Origin: the human T2T-CHM13v2.0 reference genome, Homo sapiens
Direction: 5' to 3'
DNA: 64,000 bases
Assembly (NCBI GenBank): GCA_009914755.4
Contig: CP068257.2
Coordinates: forward strand, 160,001-224,000
Below, one piece after another: positions 45,201-58,157 of this stretch (position 1 is its first letter; each line of letters starts with the position of its first letter). Made by a program: the position numbers and the translations under genes. Under the pieces are notes generated by a model. It was not told the origin of the DNA, did no database searches, and saw nothing but the letters and a program-made list of their open reading frames with translations.

Positions 45201-47855
45201 TCACCACCAAACTCACCAATTACACTCAATTACTCTCCAGTCTCTCTCATGTCTTCACCAGCCCTCAGGGACTCTCCCGTCTGTCCCAGCTACTCTCCAA
45301 CCACCCCCAGATTTCAGCTGGAAGCAGTTCCTTGCTCCCCGGAATCAACACCAAACTCACCAATTTCACTCAATTACTCTCCAGTCTCTCTCATGTCTTC
45401 ACCAGCCCTCAGGGACTCTCCCATCTGTCCCAGCTACTCTCCAACCACGCCCAGATTTCAGCTGGAAGCAGTTCCTTGCACCCAGGAATCACCACCAAAC
45501 TCACCAATTTCACTCAATTACTCCCCAGTCTCTCTCATGTCTTCACCATCCCTCAGGGACTCTCCCGTCTGTCTCAGCTACTCTCCAACCACGCCCACAT
45601 TTCAGCTGGAGTACCTTCGAGGCACCCCGGAGTCACCACCAAACTCACCAATTTCACTCAATTACTCTCCAGTCTCTCTCATTTCTTCACCAGCCCTCAG
45701 GGACTCTCCCGACTGTCCCAGCTACTCTCCAACAACGCCCAGATTTCAGCTGGAAGCAGTTCCTTGCTCCCCAGAATCAACACCAAACTCACCAATTTCA
45801 CTCAATTACTCTCCAGTCTCTCTCATGTCTTCACCAGCCATCAGGGACTCTCCCGTCTGTCCCAGCTACTCTCAAACCACGCCCACATTTCAGCTGGAGT
45901 CCGTTCGAGGCACCCCAGAGTCACCACCAAACTCACCAATTTCACTCAATTACACTCCAGTCTCTCTCATGTCTTCACCAGCCATCAGGGACTCTCCCGT
46001 CTGTCCCAGCTACTCTCCAAAGACGCCCACATTTCAGCTGGAGTCTGTTCCAGGCACCCTGGAGTCACCACCAAACTCACCAATTTCACTCAATTACTCT
46101 CCAGTCTCTCTCATGTCTTCACCAGCCCTCAGGGACCCTCCTGTCTGTCCCAGCTACTCTCCAACCACCCCCAGATTTCAGCTGGAGTCAGTTCCAGGCA
46201 CCCTGGAGTCACCACCAAACTCACCAGTTTCACTGAGTTACTCCCCGGTCTCTCTCATGTCTTCACCGCCAGCCCTCAGGGACTCTCCTGTGTGTCCCAG
46301 CTACTCTCCAACCACGCCCACATTTCAGCTGGAGTCAGTTCCAGGCACCCCGGAGTCACCACCAAACTCACCAATTTCACTCAATTACTCTCCAGTCTCT
46401 CTCATGTCTTCACCAGCCCTCAGGGACTCTCCTGTCTGTCCCAGCTACTCTCCAACCACGCCCAGATTTCAGCTGGAAGCAGTTCCTTGCACCCCAGAAT
46501 CACCTCCAAACTCACCAATTTCACTCAATTACTCTCTAGTCTCTCTCATGTCTTCACCAGTCCTCAGGGACCCTCCTGTCTGTCCCAGCTACTCTCCAAC
46601 CACACCCAGATTTCAGTTGGAGTCAGTTCCAGGCACCGCGGAGTCACCACCAAACTCACCAGTTTCACTGAGTTACTCCCCGTTCTCTCTCATGTCTTCA
46701 CCGCCAGCCCTCAGGGACTCTCCTGTTTGTCCCCGCTACTCTCCAACCACGCCCACATTCCAGCTGGAGTCACTTGCAGGCACCCAGGAATTACCTACAA
46801 ACTCAGCAGTTTCACTGAGTTACTCCCCAGTCTCTCTCATGTCTTCACCCCCAGCCCCCTGGGACTCTCCTGTCTGTCCCAGCTCCTCTCCCACCACGCC
46901 CAGATTTCAGAGGGAGTCAGCCTCCCACACTCCGGAATCACCTACAGACTCACAGACTTCACGGAGGTCCTCCCTGGTCTCTCTCAGGTCTTTGCCCTCA
47001 GCCCACAGGGACTCTTGTGTCTCTTTCAGCTACTCTCGAAACTTCTCTAGATTCCAGCTGGACTCAGTTCCAGGCACCCACGACACACCACCAAACTCAC
47101 GAATTTCACTGACTTACTCCCCAGTCTCTCTCATGTTCTCACCCCCAGCCCTCAGGGACTCTTCTGTCTCTCTCAGCTACTCTCCAGCCATCTCCACATC
47201 ACACCTGGGGTCAGCTTCCCACACCCAGGAATCACCTACAAACTCACGGACCTTACTGCAACCCTCCCCCATTTCTTTCACCTCTTCACCCCCTGCTTTC
47301 AGGGACTCTCCTGTGTCTCCCAGCTTCTCTCCAGCCTTCCCCAGATTTCTGCCACAGTCAGCCCCAGGCACCCAGGGTTACCCTGGACACTCACAGGCCT
47401 CACGAGACTATTTCCCAATGACTTGTATCTATAGAGGGATGGCTCCCATACTTCCCTCAGTGACCTCAAACCCATCTCCACTTACACTCAGACACTCCCA
47501 GGGCCTGACAGCTACTCCCCGTTATTGTCCTTCAGCTCGAAGCCCTGGCCCATCTACTAGCCAACATGATGCAGCTACCTGGCCATGTCTCCACATTTCT
47601 GGGGAGGGCCCCACACCCAGCCGCAGAAGAGCCCCTCCTGCATTCCGTCCTCACACACAGGCCTGTCCATCCACTTGCTACTGTCACACTCTTGCCAACA
47701 GAAGAGGCCCCTGTAATGGCCGATATCACCGCCCAGTCTATCCTCACCCCACAGCTGTGCAGCGGGACCCTCCTGCTGGCCCACGTGGCTGCCACAGCCC
47801 ATGCTGGCACGACGCTCCAGCATGTCGGCGTCCCTGCGGGCCACGCTACCGGTGA
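42277..47855 (+). pseudogene. Unit 6 copy, expanded by ~12 extra 144-bp repeats (gene span 5.58 kb) and disabled 5'. TAA at 42436-42438 (codon 54). 1-bp deletion near 42996 (cccaagggcag where other copies have cccaaggggcag). TGA at 43836-43838. Downstream, a 1302-aa ORF (43947..47855) remains open.
   Basis: ORF track fragments 42535..43188 (frame 1), 43014..43838 (frame 0), 43947..47855 (frame 0). ATG at 42277 is in frame 1. Confidence 0.6.
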
Positions 47856-48081
47856 CATGGCTAGCATCACCCTCCTTCCTGGCAGTGACACTGCTGATTT
47901 GAACCCCAGTTTCACAGCTGTCATTTGTAAATAGGACCATTTTCCCTTTTCTCTCTCCCTTCCATTCACAGGGCTTCTCATTCCCTCTGTTTCTGCCTCC
48001 GTTTCAGAGATTTACTCACCTTTTTCTCTCTCACTATGTCTGCCGTGGTCTCCATAAGAGTGTGCCACATAAAATTGCCCC

Positions 48082-48087
48082 ATTAAA
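48082..48087 (+). terminator. Poly(A) signal ATTAAA (unit 6).
   Basis: Same hexamer, stop+227. Confidence 0.5.
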
Positions 48088-48452
48088 AGTCATGAATTGA
48101 GTGGAATTTAGTATACCTGTGGTTGTGCACATTCAATTTTAATTCGCAATCCATTTTAGAAGGTTTTATCACCCCCGACCAGAGAAACACCCTGTGGACA
48201 ATAGTCACTCCTCATTCTGTCTCAAACCCTCTCCCTGACCCTCAGCCCTAGGTAACAACTGCATAGAGCGATCAACCCCATATGCATAGATTTCCATATT
48301 GTGGACAGTTCCTATAAACGGAATTGCACAATACGTGAGCTTTTGTGACTGACATAACACTTTTAGCACAATATTTTCAAGATTCATCCACATTGCAGCC
48401 TTACCCACAGGGGGAAACCGCATTTTGTGGTTTCAGTAACACCGGGTGTTTT

Positions 48453-48540
48453 CTCCTTCCTTCCGTCTCTCCTTCCTTCCTTCCTTCCTTCCTTCCTTCC
48501 TTCCTTCCTTCCTTCCTCCCTTCCTTCCTCCCTTCCTCCC
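48453..48540 (+). repeat. (TTCC)n microsatellite, unit 6.
   Basis: Same tract. Confidence 0.9.
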
Positions 48541-49274
48541 ATTTCTCTCTTATTCCTTCTGCCTTCTCTCTTTCATATGCCTTAGGTGCATCCTACGTCC
48601 TGCGTCTTTTTGGGGAATCCTCGACAGGTGCTGGAAAACTGTGTTATTGTAATTATTTACCGGTATCTCTCTTTCATGGTTCTCCATCAGTTGTAAGCAT
48701 CTATTGGTTTATCCCAGGTCACTAAGTATATTTTAATTAGCTACACCTGTTTTTCTTTATACACCTGTTTCTGGAGTATAGGGTCGCATACTCATAAACC
48801 CAGTGTAACTCAGAAACGCATCTAATATTCCAATAGACCCATCATAACGTTGAAAAATCATAAATCAAACCAACTTAAGTCACGATTTGGCGCTGGATAT
48901 GGGCTCCATCAATTCCATTGTATTCAATAATGCTGTACACCATTAACAATGGCAGACTGATTGGGCGTGGATGTGGATAACATTATAAAAATCAGTTATT
49001 AGAGGGATACTTTAACCTGACGGAAGAGCTGATCTAATGGTATTAGTACAGTGATGATTATGTGAGATGTTTTGAGACAGAGTAGTACATTTGTGTATGA
49101 GATTCTGTGGCTTTTTTCACTTAGTAGGAACCTTTGTGTGTGGAAAACTGAGAAAATTGCTTTGTGCTGTAGAGTCTGGCATTCGTTGTAGATTAAAGCT
49201 TGTTTTTCTGGATGTAAATCTCATTCAATAAAATACTACTCTTTATAATAAAAAACAAAGACACTGGTGATGTG

Positions 49275-49555
49275 AAGTCATTATCCTCAGCAAACTAATC
49301 CAGGAACAGAAAACCAAGCGCCACATTCTCACTTATAATGGGAGCTGAAAAATGGGATCACGTGGACACAGGAAGGGGAACAACACACACTGGGGCCTTT
49401 CGGGAGGCAGAGCGTTAAGAAAAACAGCTACCGCATGCTGGGCTTAATACCTAGGTGATGGGTTGACAGGTGCAGCAAACCACCGTGGCACACGTTTACC
49501 TTAGTAACAAATCTGCACAGCCTGCCCATATATTCCAGAACTTAGAAACGAAACG
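49275..49555 (+). mobile_element. L1 3'-end fragment, unit 6 copy.
   Basis: Same sequence. Confidence 0.75.
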
Positions 49556-50767
49556 AAAGCAAAGAAAACGAGAAAGCGATAGCAAAACGCTAACGGCGAA
49601 ACAGAGTTTCAAACTCAGAAAGTGAGAGACCAATGTTTGGTTCAAATCATGGTTCTCAACCCAGGTGCCATAAGGTCAGGATAAAGAATTTGATGACGTA
49701 TTGTAAATAAGACATGCAGCGGAGGACCAGAAAAATCGTTCTCAACATACGTGTGGCTTCGAGTTCAACGGTGACACTATGTACAGTGACATAGCATTAG
49801 ATTCCAAAGGGCCGAGTCCCGCAAGACTGGCCTCCCACACTAATAATAATGGGAAGCGCTACGTTGCTTTCCCTGTGCTTCTCAGCAACTGGCTATAAAT
49901 CAGGTTTCCACCACTCCCAGTTTTAGTTGCATTCATTTGCTGGAAGAGCTCACAGCACGCAGGGAAACACTGACATTTCCCATTTTCTGTATTTTAGCAG
50001 ATATTGCAAAAACTTCAGAAAAAACTTTTGGGCCCGGCATGTGGGGAGGGGCTCACTGCCTTCCAGGAAGTGTTATCCAGAAGCTCTCTAAACCCAGTCC
50101 TTTTGGGTTTTTATGGAGACCTCATTCTATAGGCATGATGGGTTAAACCATAGGCTATTGGTGATCAACTCAACCTGGGGCTCTCAACCCTCCCTGGAAA
50201 TTGGGGTTGAGGCTTTGCCATTCTCAGTCTGAGTAAAAGAATTTACACAAACGGAATTTTAAAACAGATTAGCATATCTGGAAACTTAACTAGATGACGG
50301 AATTATCTGGAGCCACACCTTGATATTCCTAACCCGAGCACCCTCATCCAACGAATGCTCCACCCAACTGGCAACCAAGTCTCTACGGGGTTCCAGAGCA
50401 AAAGAATGTTTATACAACGCATATCTCCACCTTTTCTTCAAAGTCTTTTCGCTTACACGGAAAGACTTCTTCAACTGCCATGCATCAGGGTCAGGGGGAG
50501 GTCTTGTTACAACACAGATCTGCGGATCTCCGGGGTTTGATTGTGGCAAGGATGCTGCTGGTGTCAAAACCACAACGTGGGAACCACAGAACCACTAGTT
50601 GGTTTTCAGTGTTTCAGTGCATACAATTCCTAATATATCTGGCCAAGAAAACTTGTAAGTTCTTAGATTGTCCGAAAGGTGGCGCATGAAATCAAATCAG
50701 GAGAACAGTTTCCTACGAGGTGTAGCCTGGGAACCTTGGGGGTGACTGATGGAAAGGAGGAGTGAAG

Positions 50768-50840
50768 CTCCGCCCTTTCCGCTGCGAGGCTGCGCCCGAG
50801 GCTATTTAAACCCACCCTGGCTGGCCTGTACTCAGATCTT
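50768..50840 (+). promoter_or_regulatory. Core promoter of unit 7 (TATTTAAA at 50803-50810).
   Basis: Same arrangement upstream of ATG 51154. Confidence 0.55.
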
Positions 50841-51019
50841 CGCAGAGCGGAGCAGCGGCCGGAGCGTTTGGCGGACTCTGCGTGGACTTGGAGCTCACAG
50901 CGTCTTGCGACTTGGAAGCGGATTCAGAGGACAGGACAGAACACTTGGGCAAGTGAATCTCTGTCTGTCTGTCTGTCTCATTGGTTGGCTTATTTCCATT
51001 TTCTTAAGGAGCACATACC

Positions 51020-51092
51020 TCACACCACACACACACAAACACACACACACACACGCACGCACGCACGCACACACACACGCACACACACACAC
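51020..51092 (+). repeat. (CA)n/(CACG)n 5'UTR microsatellite, unit 7.
   Basis: Same tract. Confidence 0.9.
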
Positions 51093-51153
51093 TAATTCAT
51101 TCTGCGGGTTAGGAAATTAGTAGGGGTCTCTGGGAGCTGCAAGTTTCCTAATC

Positions 51154-54100
51154 ATGTCTGCACCTAAGAACACTAGGGTCTTGTCTGGCTCTTCTTATAA
51201 ACGGTCCCCCAGCCCGGACTCCCCAAGATCCATGCTAGCCTCACCCAGCTTCTCCCTCTCCCCTCTCAGAAACTCAGACTTAAGAGGAAGCTCCTCACCA
51301 GGGATCCGGAGCTACCATTCACCATCCCCTAGGGCTTCACCACACTCACCTCTGTCATCACCAGTATCCCACAATCTCCCATTTCCCTGTCCTATCCGTG
51401 ATGGGCAATCAATGAAGCCATTGGGCTCTCCCGTGTCCTCCTCTGAGGATTCTACAGAGTCACCACGTTCATCAGTAATATACCACATGTTCCTACTGCC
51501 ATCACCCAGCAGCTCACCCCCAGCTCTCTGGGAGTCTCCTGGGTCTCCCAGCTACTCTCCAAACAACCCCAGATTTCAGCTGGAGTCAGCCCCCCACACC
51601 CAGGACTCACCTGCAAACTCACGAGCCTCACGGTGCTCCTCCCCTATGTCTTTCATCTCTTCACCCCCAGGCCTCAGGGACTCTCCTGTGGCTCCCAGTT
51701 ACTCTCAAGCCATCCCCATGTTCCTGCGGGAGTCAGCCCCATGCACTCAGGAGTCCCCCAGAGACTCACAGGTCTCGGGAGAATATGAGCGGTCCCCCAG
51801 TCCTGACTCCTCAAGATTCATGCCTGCCTCACCCAGCATCTACCTCTCCCCTCCCAGGAACTCAGACCCAAGGGGCACCTCCTCACAAGGGATGTGGAAG
51901 TGCTCTACATCATCCCGCAGGGCTTCACCACTCTCACATCCGTCATCGGCAGAATTCCACAACTTTACATTTCCCTTTCCTAACCAAGCAGGACAATCAC
52001 TCATGTCATTGTGTTCTCCCGTGTCCTCCTCTGGAGATTCCTCACAGTCACCCCATTCATCAATAATATACCATGTGTTCTTAGTGCCATCATCCAGCAG
52101 CTCACCCCCAGCCACCAATGACTCTCCTGTCTGTCCCAGCTACTCTCCAACTACGCCCAGATTTCAGCGGGCGTCGGTATCCAACACCCCAGAAACACCT
52201 ACAAACTCACAGACCTCAGTGAGATCCTCGCCAGTCTCTCTCACGTCTTCACCCCCAGGCCTTACGGACCCTCCAGTCTCTCCCAGCTACTATCCAACCA
52301 CGCGCACATTTCATCGCGGGTCAGATCCAGGAACCCAGGGATCACCAGCAAGCCCACCACTTTCACTGTGTTACTCCCCAGTCTCAAGCACGTCTTTATC
52401 TCCAACCCTCAGGGACTCTCCTGTCTGTCCCAGCTATTCTCCAACCACGCCCACGTTTCAGCGGGAGTCCGTTGCAGGCTCCCAGCAATCACCAGCAAAC
52501 TCACCAATTTCACTCAATTACTCTCCAGTCTCTCTCATGTCTTCACCAGCCCTCAGGGACTCTCCCATCTGTCCCAGCTACTCTCCAACCACTCCCAGAT
52601 TTCAGCTGGAAGCAGTTCCTTGCACCCAGGAATCACCACCAAACTCACCAACTTCACTCAATTACTCCCCAGTCTCTCTCATGTCTTCACCATCCCTCAG
52701 GGACTCTCCCGTCTGTCTCAGCTACTCTCCAACCACGCCCACATTTCAGCTGGAGTACCTTCGAGGCACCCCGGAGTCACCACCAAACTCACCAATTTCA
52801 CTCAATTACACTCCAGTCTCTCTCATGTCTTCACCAGCCATCAGGGACTCTCCCGTCTGTCCCAGCTACTCTCCAAAGACGCCCACATTTCAGCTGGAGT
52901 CTGTTGCAGGCACCCTGGAGTCACCACCAAACTCACCAATTTCACTCAATTACTCTCCAGTCTCTCTCATGTCTTCACCAGCCCTCAGGGACTCTACTGT
53001 CTGTCCCAGCTACTCTCCAACCACGCCCAGATTTCAGCTGGAAGCAGTTCCTTGCACCCCAGAATCACCACCAAACTCACCAATTTCACTCAATTACTCT
53101 CTAGTCTCTCTCATGTCTTCACCAGCCCTCAGGGACCCTCCTGTCTGTCCCAGCTACTCTCCAACCACCCCCAGATTTCAGCTGGAGTCTGTTCCAGGCA
53201 CCCCAGAGTCACCACCAAACTCACCAGTTTCACTGAGTTACTCCCCGGTCTCTCTCATGTCTTCACCGCCAGCCCTCAGGGACTCTCCTGTGTGTCCCAG
53301 CTACTCTCCAACCACGCCCACATTTCAGCTGGAGTCAGTTCCAGGCACCCCGGAGTCACCACCAAACTCACCAATTTCACTCAATTACTCTCCAGTCTCT
53401 CTCATGTCTTCACCAGCCCTCAGGGACTCTCCTGTCTGTCCCAGCTACTCTCCAACCACGCCCAGATTTCAGCTGGAAGCAGTTCCTTGCACCCCAGAAT
53501 CACCTCCAAACTCACCAATTTCACTCAATTACTCTCTAGTCTCTCTCATGTCTTCACCAGTCCTCAGGGACCCTCCTGTCTGTCCCAGCTACTCTCCAAC
53601 CACACCCAGATTTCAGTTGGAGTCAGTTCCAGGCACCGCGGAGTCACCACCAAACTCACCAGTTTCACTGAGTTACTCCCCGTTCTCTCTCATGTCTTCA
53701 CAGCCAGCCCTCAGGGACTCTCCTGTTTGTCCCCGCTACTCTCCAACCACGCCCACATTCCAGCTGGAGTCACTTGCAGGCACCCAGGAATTACCTACAA
53801 ACTCAGCAGTTTCACTGAGTTACTCCCCAGTCTCTCTCATGTCTTCAGCCCCAGCCCCCTGGGACTCTCCTGTCTGTCCCAGCTCCTCTCCCAACACGCC
53901 CAGATTTCAGAGGGAGTCAGCCTCCCACACTCCGGAATCACCTACAGACTCACAGACTTCACGGAGGTCCTCCCTGGTCTCTCTCAGGTCTTTGCCCACA
54001 GCCCACAGGGACTCTTGTGTCTCTTTCAGCTACTCTCGAAACTTCTCTAGATTCCAGCTGGACTCAGTTCCAGGCACCCACGACACACCACCAAACTCAC

Positions 54101-54855
54101 GAATTTCACTGACTTACTCCCCAGTCTCTCTCATATTCTCACCCCCAGCCCTCAGGGACTCTTCTGTCTCTCTCAGCTACTCTCCAGCCATCTCCACATC
54201 ACACCTGGGGTCAGCTTCCCACACCCAGGAATCACCTACAAACTCACGGACCTTACTGCAACCCTCCCCCATTTCTTTCACCTCTTCACCCCCTGCTTTC
54301 AGGGACTCTCCTGTGTCTCCCAGCTTCTCTCCAGCCTTCCCCAGATTTCTGCCACAGTCAGCCCCAGGCACCCAGGGTTACCCTGGACACTCACAGGCCT
54401 CACGAGACTATTTCCCAATGACTTGTATCTATAGAGGGATGGCTCCCATACTTCCCTCGGTGACCTCAAACCCATCTCCACTTACACTCAGACACTCCCA
54501 GGGCCTGACAGCTACTCCCCGTTATTGTCCTTCAGCTCGAAGCCCTGGCCCATCTACTAGCCAACATGATGCAGCTACCTGGCCATGTCTCCACATTTCT
54601 GGGGAGGGCCCCACACCCAGCCGCAGAAGAGCCCCTCCTGCATTCCGTCCTCACACACAGGCCTGTCCATCCACTTGCTACTGTCACACTCTTGCCAGCA
54701 GAAGAGGCCCCTGTAATGGCCGATATCACCGCCCAGTCTATCCTCACCCCACAGCTGTGCAGCGGGACCCTCCTGCTGGCCCACGTGGCTGCCACAGCCC
54801 ATGCTGGCACGACGCTCCAGCATGTCGGCGTCCCTGCGGGTCACGCTACTGCTGA
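51154..54855 (+). CDS. Intact 1233-aa copy (unit 7) with one fewer 48-aa repeat. C-terminus is …CGSRYC*. Several private substitutions, e.g. E16K.
   Basis: Uninterrupted ORF 51154..54855. TATTTAAA at 50803. ATTAAA at 55082. Confidence 0.62.
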   Translation: MSAPKNTRVLSGSSYKRSPSPDSPRSMLASPSFSLSPLRNSDLRGSSSPGIRSYHSPSPRASPHSPLSSPVSHNLPFPCPIRDGQSMKPLGSPVSSSEDSTESPRSSVIYHMFLLPSPSSSPPALWESPGSPSYSPNNPRFQLESAPHTQDSPANSRASRCSSPMSFISSPPGLRDSPVAPSYSQAIPMFLRESAPCTQESPRDSQVSGEYERSPSPDSSRFMPASPSIYLSPPRNSDPRGTSSQGMWKCSTSSRRASPLSHPSSAEFHNFTFPFPNQAGQSLMSLCSPVSSSGDSSQSPHSSIIYHVFLVPSSSSSPPATNDSPVCPSYSPTTPRFQRASVSNTPETPTNSQTSVRSSPVSLTSSPPGLTDPPVSPSYYPTTRTFHRGSDPGTQGSPASPPLSLCYSPVSSTSLSPTLRDSPVCPSYSPTTPTFQRESVAGSQQSPANSPISLNYSPVSLMSSPALRDSPICPSYSPTTPRFQLEAVPCTQESPPNSPTSLNYSPVSLMSSPSLRDSPVCLSYSPTTPTFQLEYLRGTPESPPNSPISLNYTPVSLMSSPAIRDSPVCPSYSPKTPTFQLESVAGTLESPPNSPISLNYSPVSLMSSPALRDSTVCPSYSPTTPRFQLEAVPCTPESPPNSPISLNYSLVSLMSSPALRDPPVCPSYSPTTPRFQLESVPGTPESPPNSPVSLSYSPVSLMSSPPALRDSPVCPSYSPTTPTFQLESVPGTPESPPNSPISLNYSPVSLMSSPALRDSPVCPSYSPTTPRFQLEAVPCTPESPPNSPISLNYSLVSLMSSPVLRDPPVCPSYSPTTPRFQLESVPGTAESPPNSPVSLSYSPFSLMSSQPALRDSPVCPRYSPTTPTFQLESLAGTQELPTNSAVSLSYSPVSLMSSAPAPWDSPVCPSSSPNTPRFQRESASHTPESPTDSQTSRRSSLVSLRSLPTAHRDSCVSFSYSRNFSRFQLDSVPGTHDTPPNSRISLTYSPVSLIFSPPALRDSSVSLSYSPAISTSHLGSASHTQESPTNSRTLLQPSPISFTSSPPAFRDSPVSPSFSPAFPRFLPQSAPGTQGYPGHSQASRDYFPMTCIYRGMAPILPSVTSNPSPLTLRHSQGLTATPRYCPSARSPGPSTSQHDAATWPCLHISGEGPTPSRRRAPPAFRPHTQACPSTCYCHTLASRRGPCNGRYHRPVYPHPTAVQRDPPAGPRGCHSPCWHDAPACRRPCGSRYC

Positions 54856-55081
54856 CATGGCTAGCATCACCCTCCTTCCTGGCAGTGACACTGCTGATTT
54901 GAACCCCAGTTTCACAGCTGTCATTTGTAAATAGGACCATTTTCCCTTTTCTCTCTCCCTTCCATTCACAGGGCTTCTCATTCCCTCTGTTTCTGCCTCT
55001 GTTTCAGAGATTTACTCACCTTTTTCTCTCTCACTATGTCTGCCGTGGTCTCCATAAGAGTGTGCCACATACAATTGCCCC

Positions 55082-55087
55082 ATTAAA
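55082..55087 (+). terminator. Poly(A) signal ATTAAA (unit 7).
   Basis: Same hexamer, stop+227. Confidence 0.5.
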
Positions 55088-55452
55088 AGTCATGAATTGA
55101 GTGGATTTTAGTATACCTGTGGTTGTGCACATTCAATTTTAATTCGCAATCCATTTTAGAAGGTTTTATCACCCCCGACCAGAGAAACACCCTGTGGACA
55201 TTAGTCACTCCTCATTCTGTCTCAAACCCTCTCCCTGACCCTCAGCCCTAGGTAACAACTGCATAGAGCGATCAACCCCATATGCATAGATTTCCATATT
55301 GTGGACATTTCCTATAAACGGAATTGCACAATACGTGAGCTTTTGTGACTGACATAACACTTTTAGCACAATAGTTTCAAGATTCATCCACATTGCAGCC
55401 TTACCCACAGGGGGAAACCGCATTTTGTGGTTTCAGTAACACCGGGTGTTTT

Positions 55453-55544
55453 CTCCTTCCTTCCGTCTTTCCTTCCTTCCTTCCTTCCTTCCTTCCTTCC
55501 TTCCTTCCTTCCTCCCTTCCTCCCTTCCTTCCTCCCTTCCTCCC
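55453..55544 (+). repeat. (TTCC)n microsatellite, unit 7.
   Basis: Same tract. Confidence 0.9.
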
Positions 55545-56278
55545 ATTTCTCTCTTATTCCTTCTGCCCTCTCTCTTTCATATGCCTTAGGTGCATCCTAC
55601 GTCCTGCATCTTTTTGGGGAATCCTCGACAGGTGCTGGAAAATTGTGTTATTGTAATTATTTACCGGTATCTCTCTTTCATGGTTCTCCATCAGTTGTAA
55701 GCATCTATTGGTTTATCCCAGGTCACTAAGTATATTTTAATTAGCTACACCTGTTTTTCTTTATACACCTGTTTCTGGAGTATAGGGTCGCATACTCATA
55801 AACCCAGTGTAACTCAGAAACGCATCTAATATTCCAATAGACCCATCATAACGTTGAAAAATCATAAATCAAACCAACTTAAGTCACGATTTGGCGCTGG
55901 ATATGGGCTCCATCAATTCCATTGTATTCAATAATGCTGTACACCATTAACAATGGCAGACTGATTGGGCGTGGATGTGGATAACATTATAAAAATCAGT
56001 TATTAGAGGGATACTTTAACCTGACGGAAGAGCTGATCTAATGGTATTAGTACAGTGATGATTATGTGAGATGTTTTGAGACAGAGTAGTACATTTGTGT
56101 ATGAGATTCTGTGGCTTTTTTCACTTAGTAGGAACCTTTGTGTGTGGAAAACTGAGAAAATTGCTTTGTGCTGTAGAGTCTGGCATTCGTTGTAGATTAA
56201 AGCTTATTTTTCTGGATGTAAATCTTATTCAATAAAATACTACTCTTTATAATAAAAAACAAAGACACTGGTGATGTG

Positions 56279-56559
56279 AAGTCATTATCCTCAGCAAACT
56301 AATCCAGGAACAGAAAACCAAGCACCACATTCTCACTTATAATGGGAGCTGAAAAATGGGATCACGTGGACACAGGAAGGGGAACAACACACACTGGGGC
56401 CTTTCGGGAGGCAGAGCGTTAAGAAAAACAGCTACCGCATGCTGGGCTTAATACCTAGGTGATGGGTTGACAGGTGCAGCAAACCACCGTGGCACACGTT
56501 TACCTTAGTAACAAATCTGCACAGCCTGCCCATATATTCCAGAACTTTGAAACGAAACG
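56279..56559 (+). mobile_element. L1 3'-end fragment, unit 7 copy.
   Basis: Same sequence. Confidence 0.75.
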
Positions 56560-57771
56560 AAAGCAAAGAAAACGAGAAAGCAATAGCAAAACGCTAACGG
56601 CGAAACAGAGTTTCAAACTCAGAAAGTGAGAGACCAATGTTTGGTTCAAATCATGGTTCTCAACCCAGGTGCCATAAGGTCAGGATAAAGAATTTGATGA
56701 CGTATTGTAAATAAGACATGCAGCGGAGGACCAGAAAAATCGTTCTCAACATACGTGTGGCTTCGAGTTCAACGGTGACGCTATCTACAGTGTCATAGCA
56801 TTAGATTCCAAAGGGCCGAGTCCAGCAAGACTGGCCTCCCACACTAATAATAATGGGAAGCGCTACGTTGCTTTACCTGTGCTTCTCAGCAACTGGCTAT
56901 AAATCAGGTTTCCACCACTCACAGTTTTAGTTGCATTCATTTGCTGGAAGAGCTCACAGCACGCAGGGAAACACTGACATTTCCCATTTTTTGTATTTTA
57001 GCAGATATTGCAAAGACTTCAGAAAAAACTTTTGGGCTCGGCATGTGGGGAGGGGCGCACTGCCTTCCAGGAAGTGTTATCCAGAAGCTCTCTAAACCCA
57101 GTCCTTTTGGGTTTTTATGGAGACCTCATTCTATAGGCATGATGGGTTAAACCATAGGCTATTGGTGATCAACTCAACCTGGGGCTCTCAACCCTCCCTG
57201 GAAATTGGGGTTGAGGCCTTGCCATTCTCAGTCTGAGTAAAAGAATTTACGCAAACGGAATTTTAAAACATATTAGCATATCTGGAAACTTAACTAGACG
57301 ACGGAATTATCTGGAGCCACACCTTGATATTCCTAACCCGAGCACCCTCATCCAACGAATGCTCCACCCAACTGGCTCCCAAGTCTCTACGGGGTTCCAG
57401 AGCAAAAGAATGTTTATACAACGCATATCTCCACCTTTTCTTCAAAGTCTTTTCGCTTACACGGAAAGACTTCTTCAACTGCCATGCATCAGGGTCAGGG
57501 GGAGGTCTTGTTACAACACAGATCTGCGGATCTCCGGGGTTTGATTGTGGCAAGGATGCTGCTGGTGTCAAAACCACAACGTGGGAACCACAGAACCACT
57601 AGTTGGTTTTCAGTGTTTCAGTGCATACAATTCCTAATATATCTGGCCAAGAAAACTTGTAAGTTCTTAGATTGTCCGAAAGGTGGCGCATGAAATCAAA
57701 TCAGGAGAACAGTTTCCTACGAGGTGTAGCCTGGGAACCTTGGGGGTGACTGATGGAAAGGAGGAGTGAAG

Positions 57772-57844
57772 CTCCGCCCTTTCCGCTGCGAGGCTGCGCC
57801 CGAGGCTATTTAAACCCACCCTGGCTGGCCTGTACTCAGATCTT
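57772..57844 (+). promoter_or_regulatory. Core promoter of unit 8 (TATTTAAA at 57807-57814).
   Basis: Same arrangement upstream of ATG 58158. The promoter is intact although the downstream gene is degenerate. Confidence 0.5.
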
Positions 57845-58022
57845 CGCAGAGCGGAGCAGCGGCCGGAGCGTTTGGCGGACTCTGCGTGGACTTGGAGCTC
57901 ACAGCGTCTTGCGACTTGGAAGCGGATTCAGAGGACAGGACAGAACACTTGGGCAAGTGAATCTCTGTCTGTCTGTCTCTCTCATTGGTTGGTTTATTTC
58001 CATTTTCTTAAGGAGCACATAC

Positions 58023-58097
58023 CTCACACCACACACACACAAACACACACACACACACGCACGCACGCACGTACACACACACGCACACACACACACT
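58023..58097 (+). repeat. (CA)n/(CACG)n 5'UTR microsatellite, unit 8.
   Basis: Same tract, with a gtac interruption. Confidence 0.9.
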
Positions 58098-58157
58098 AAT
58101 TCATTCTGCGGGTTAGGAAATTAGTAGGGGTCTCTGGGAGCTGCAGGTTTCCTAATC

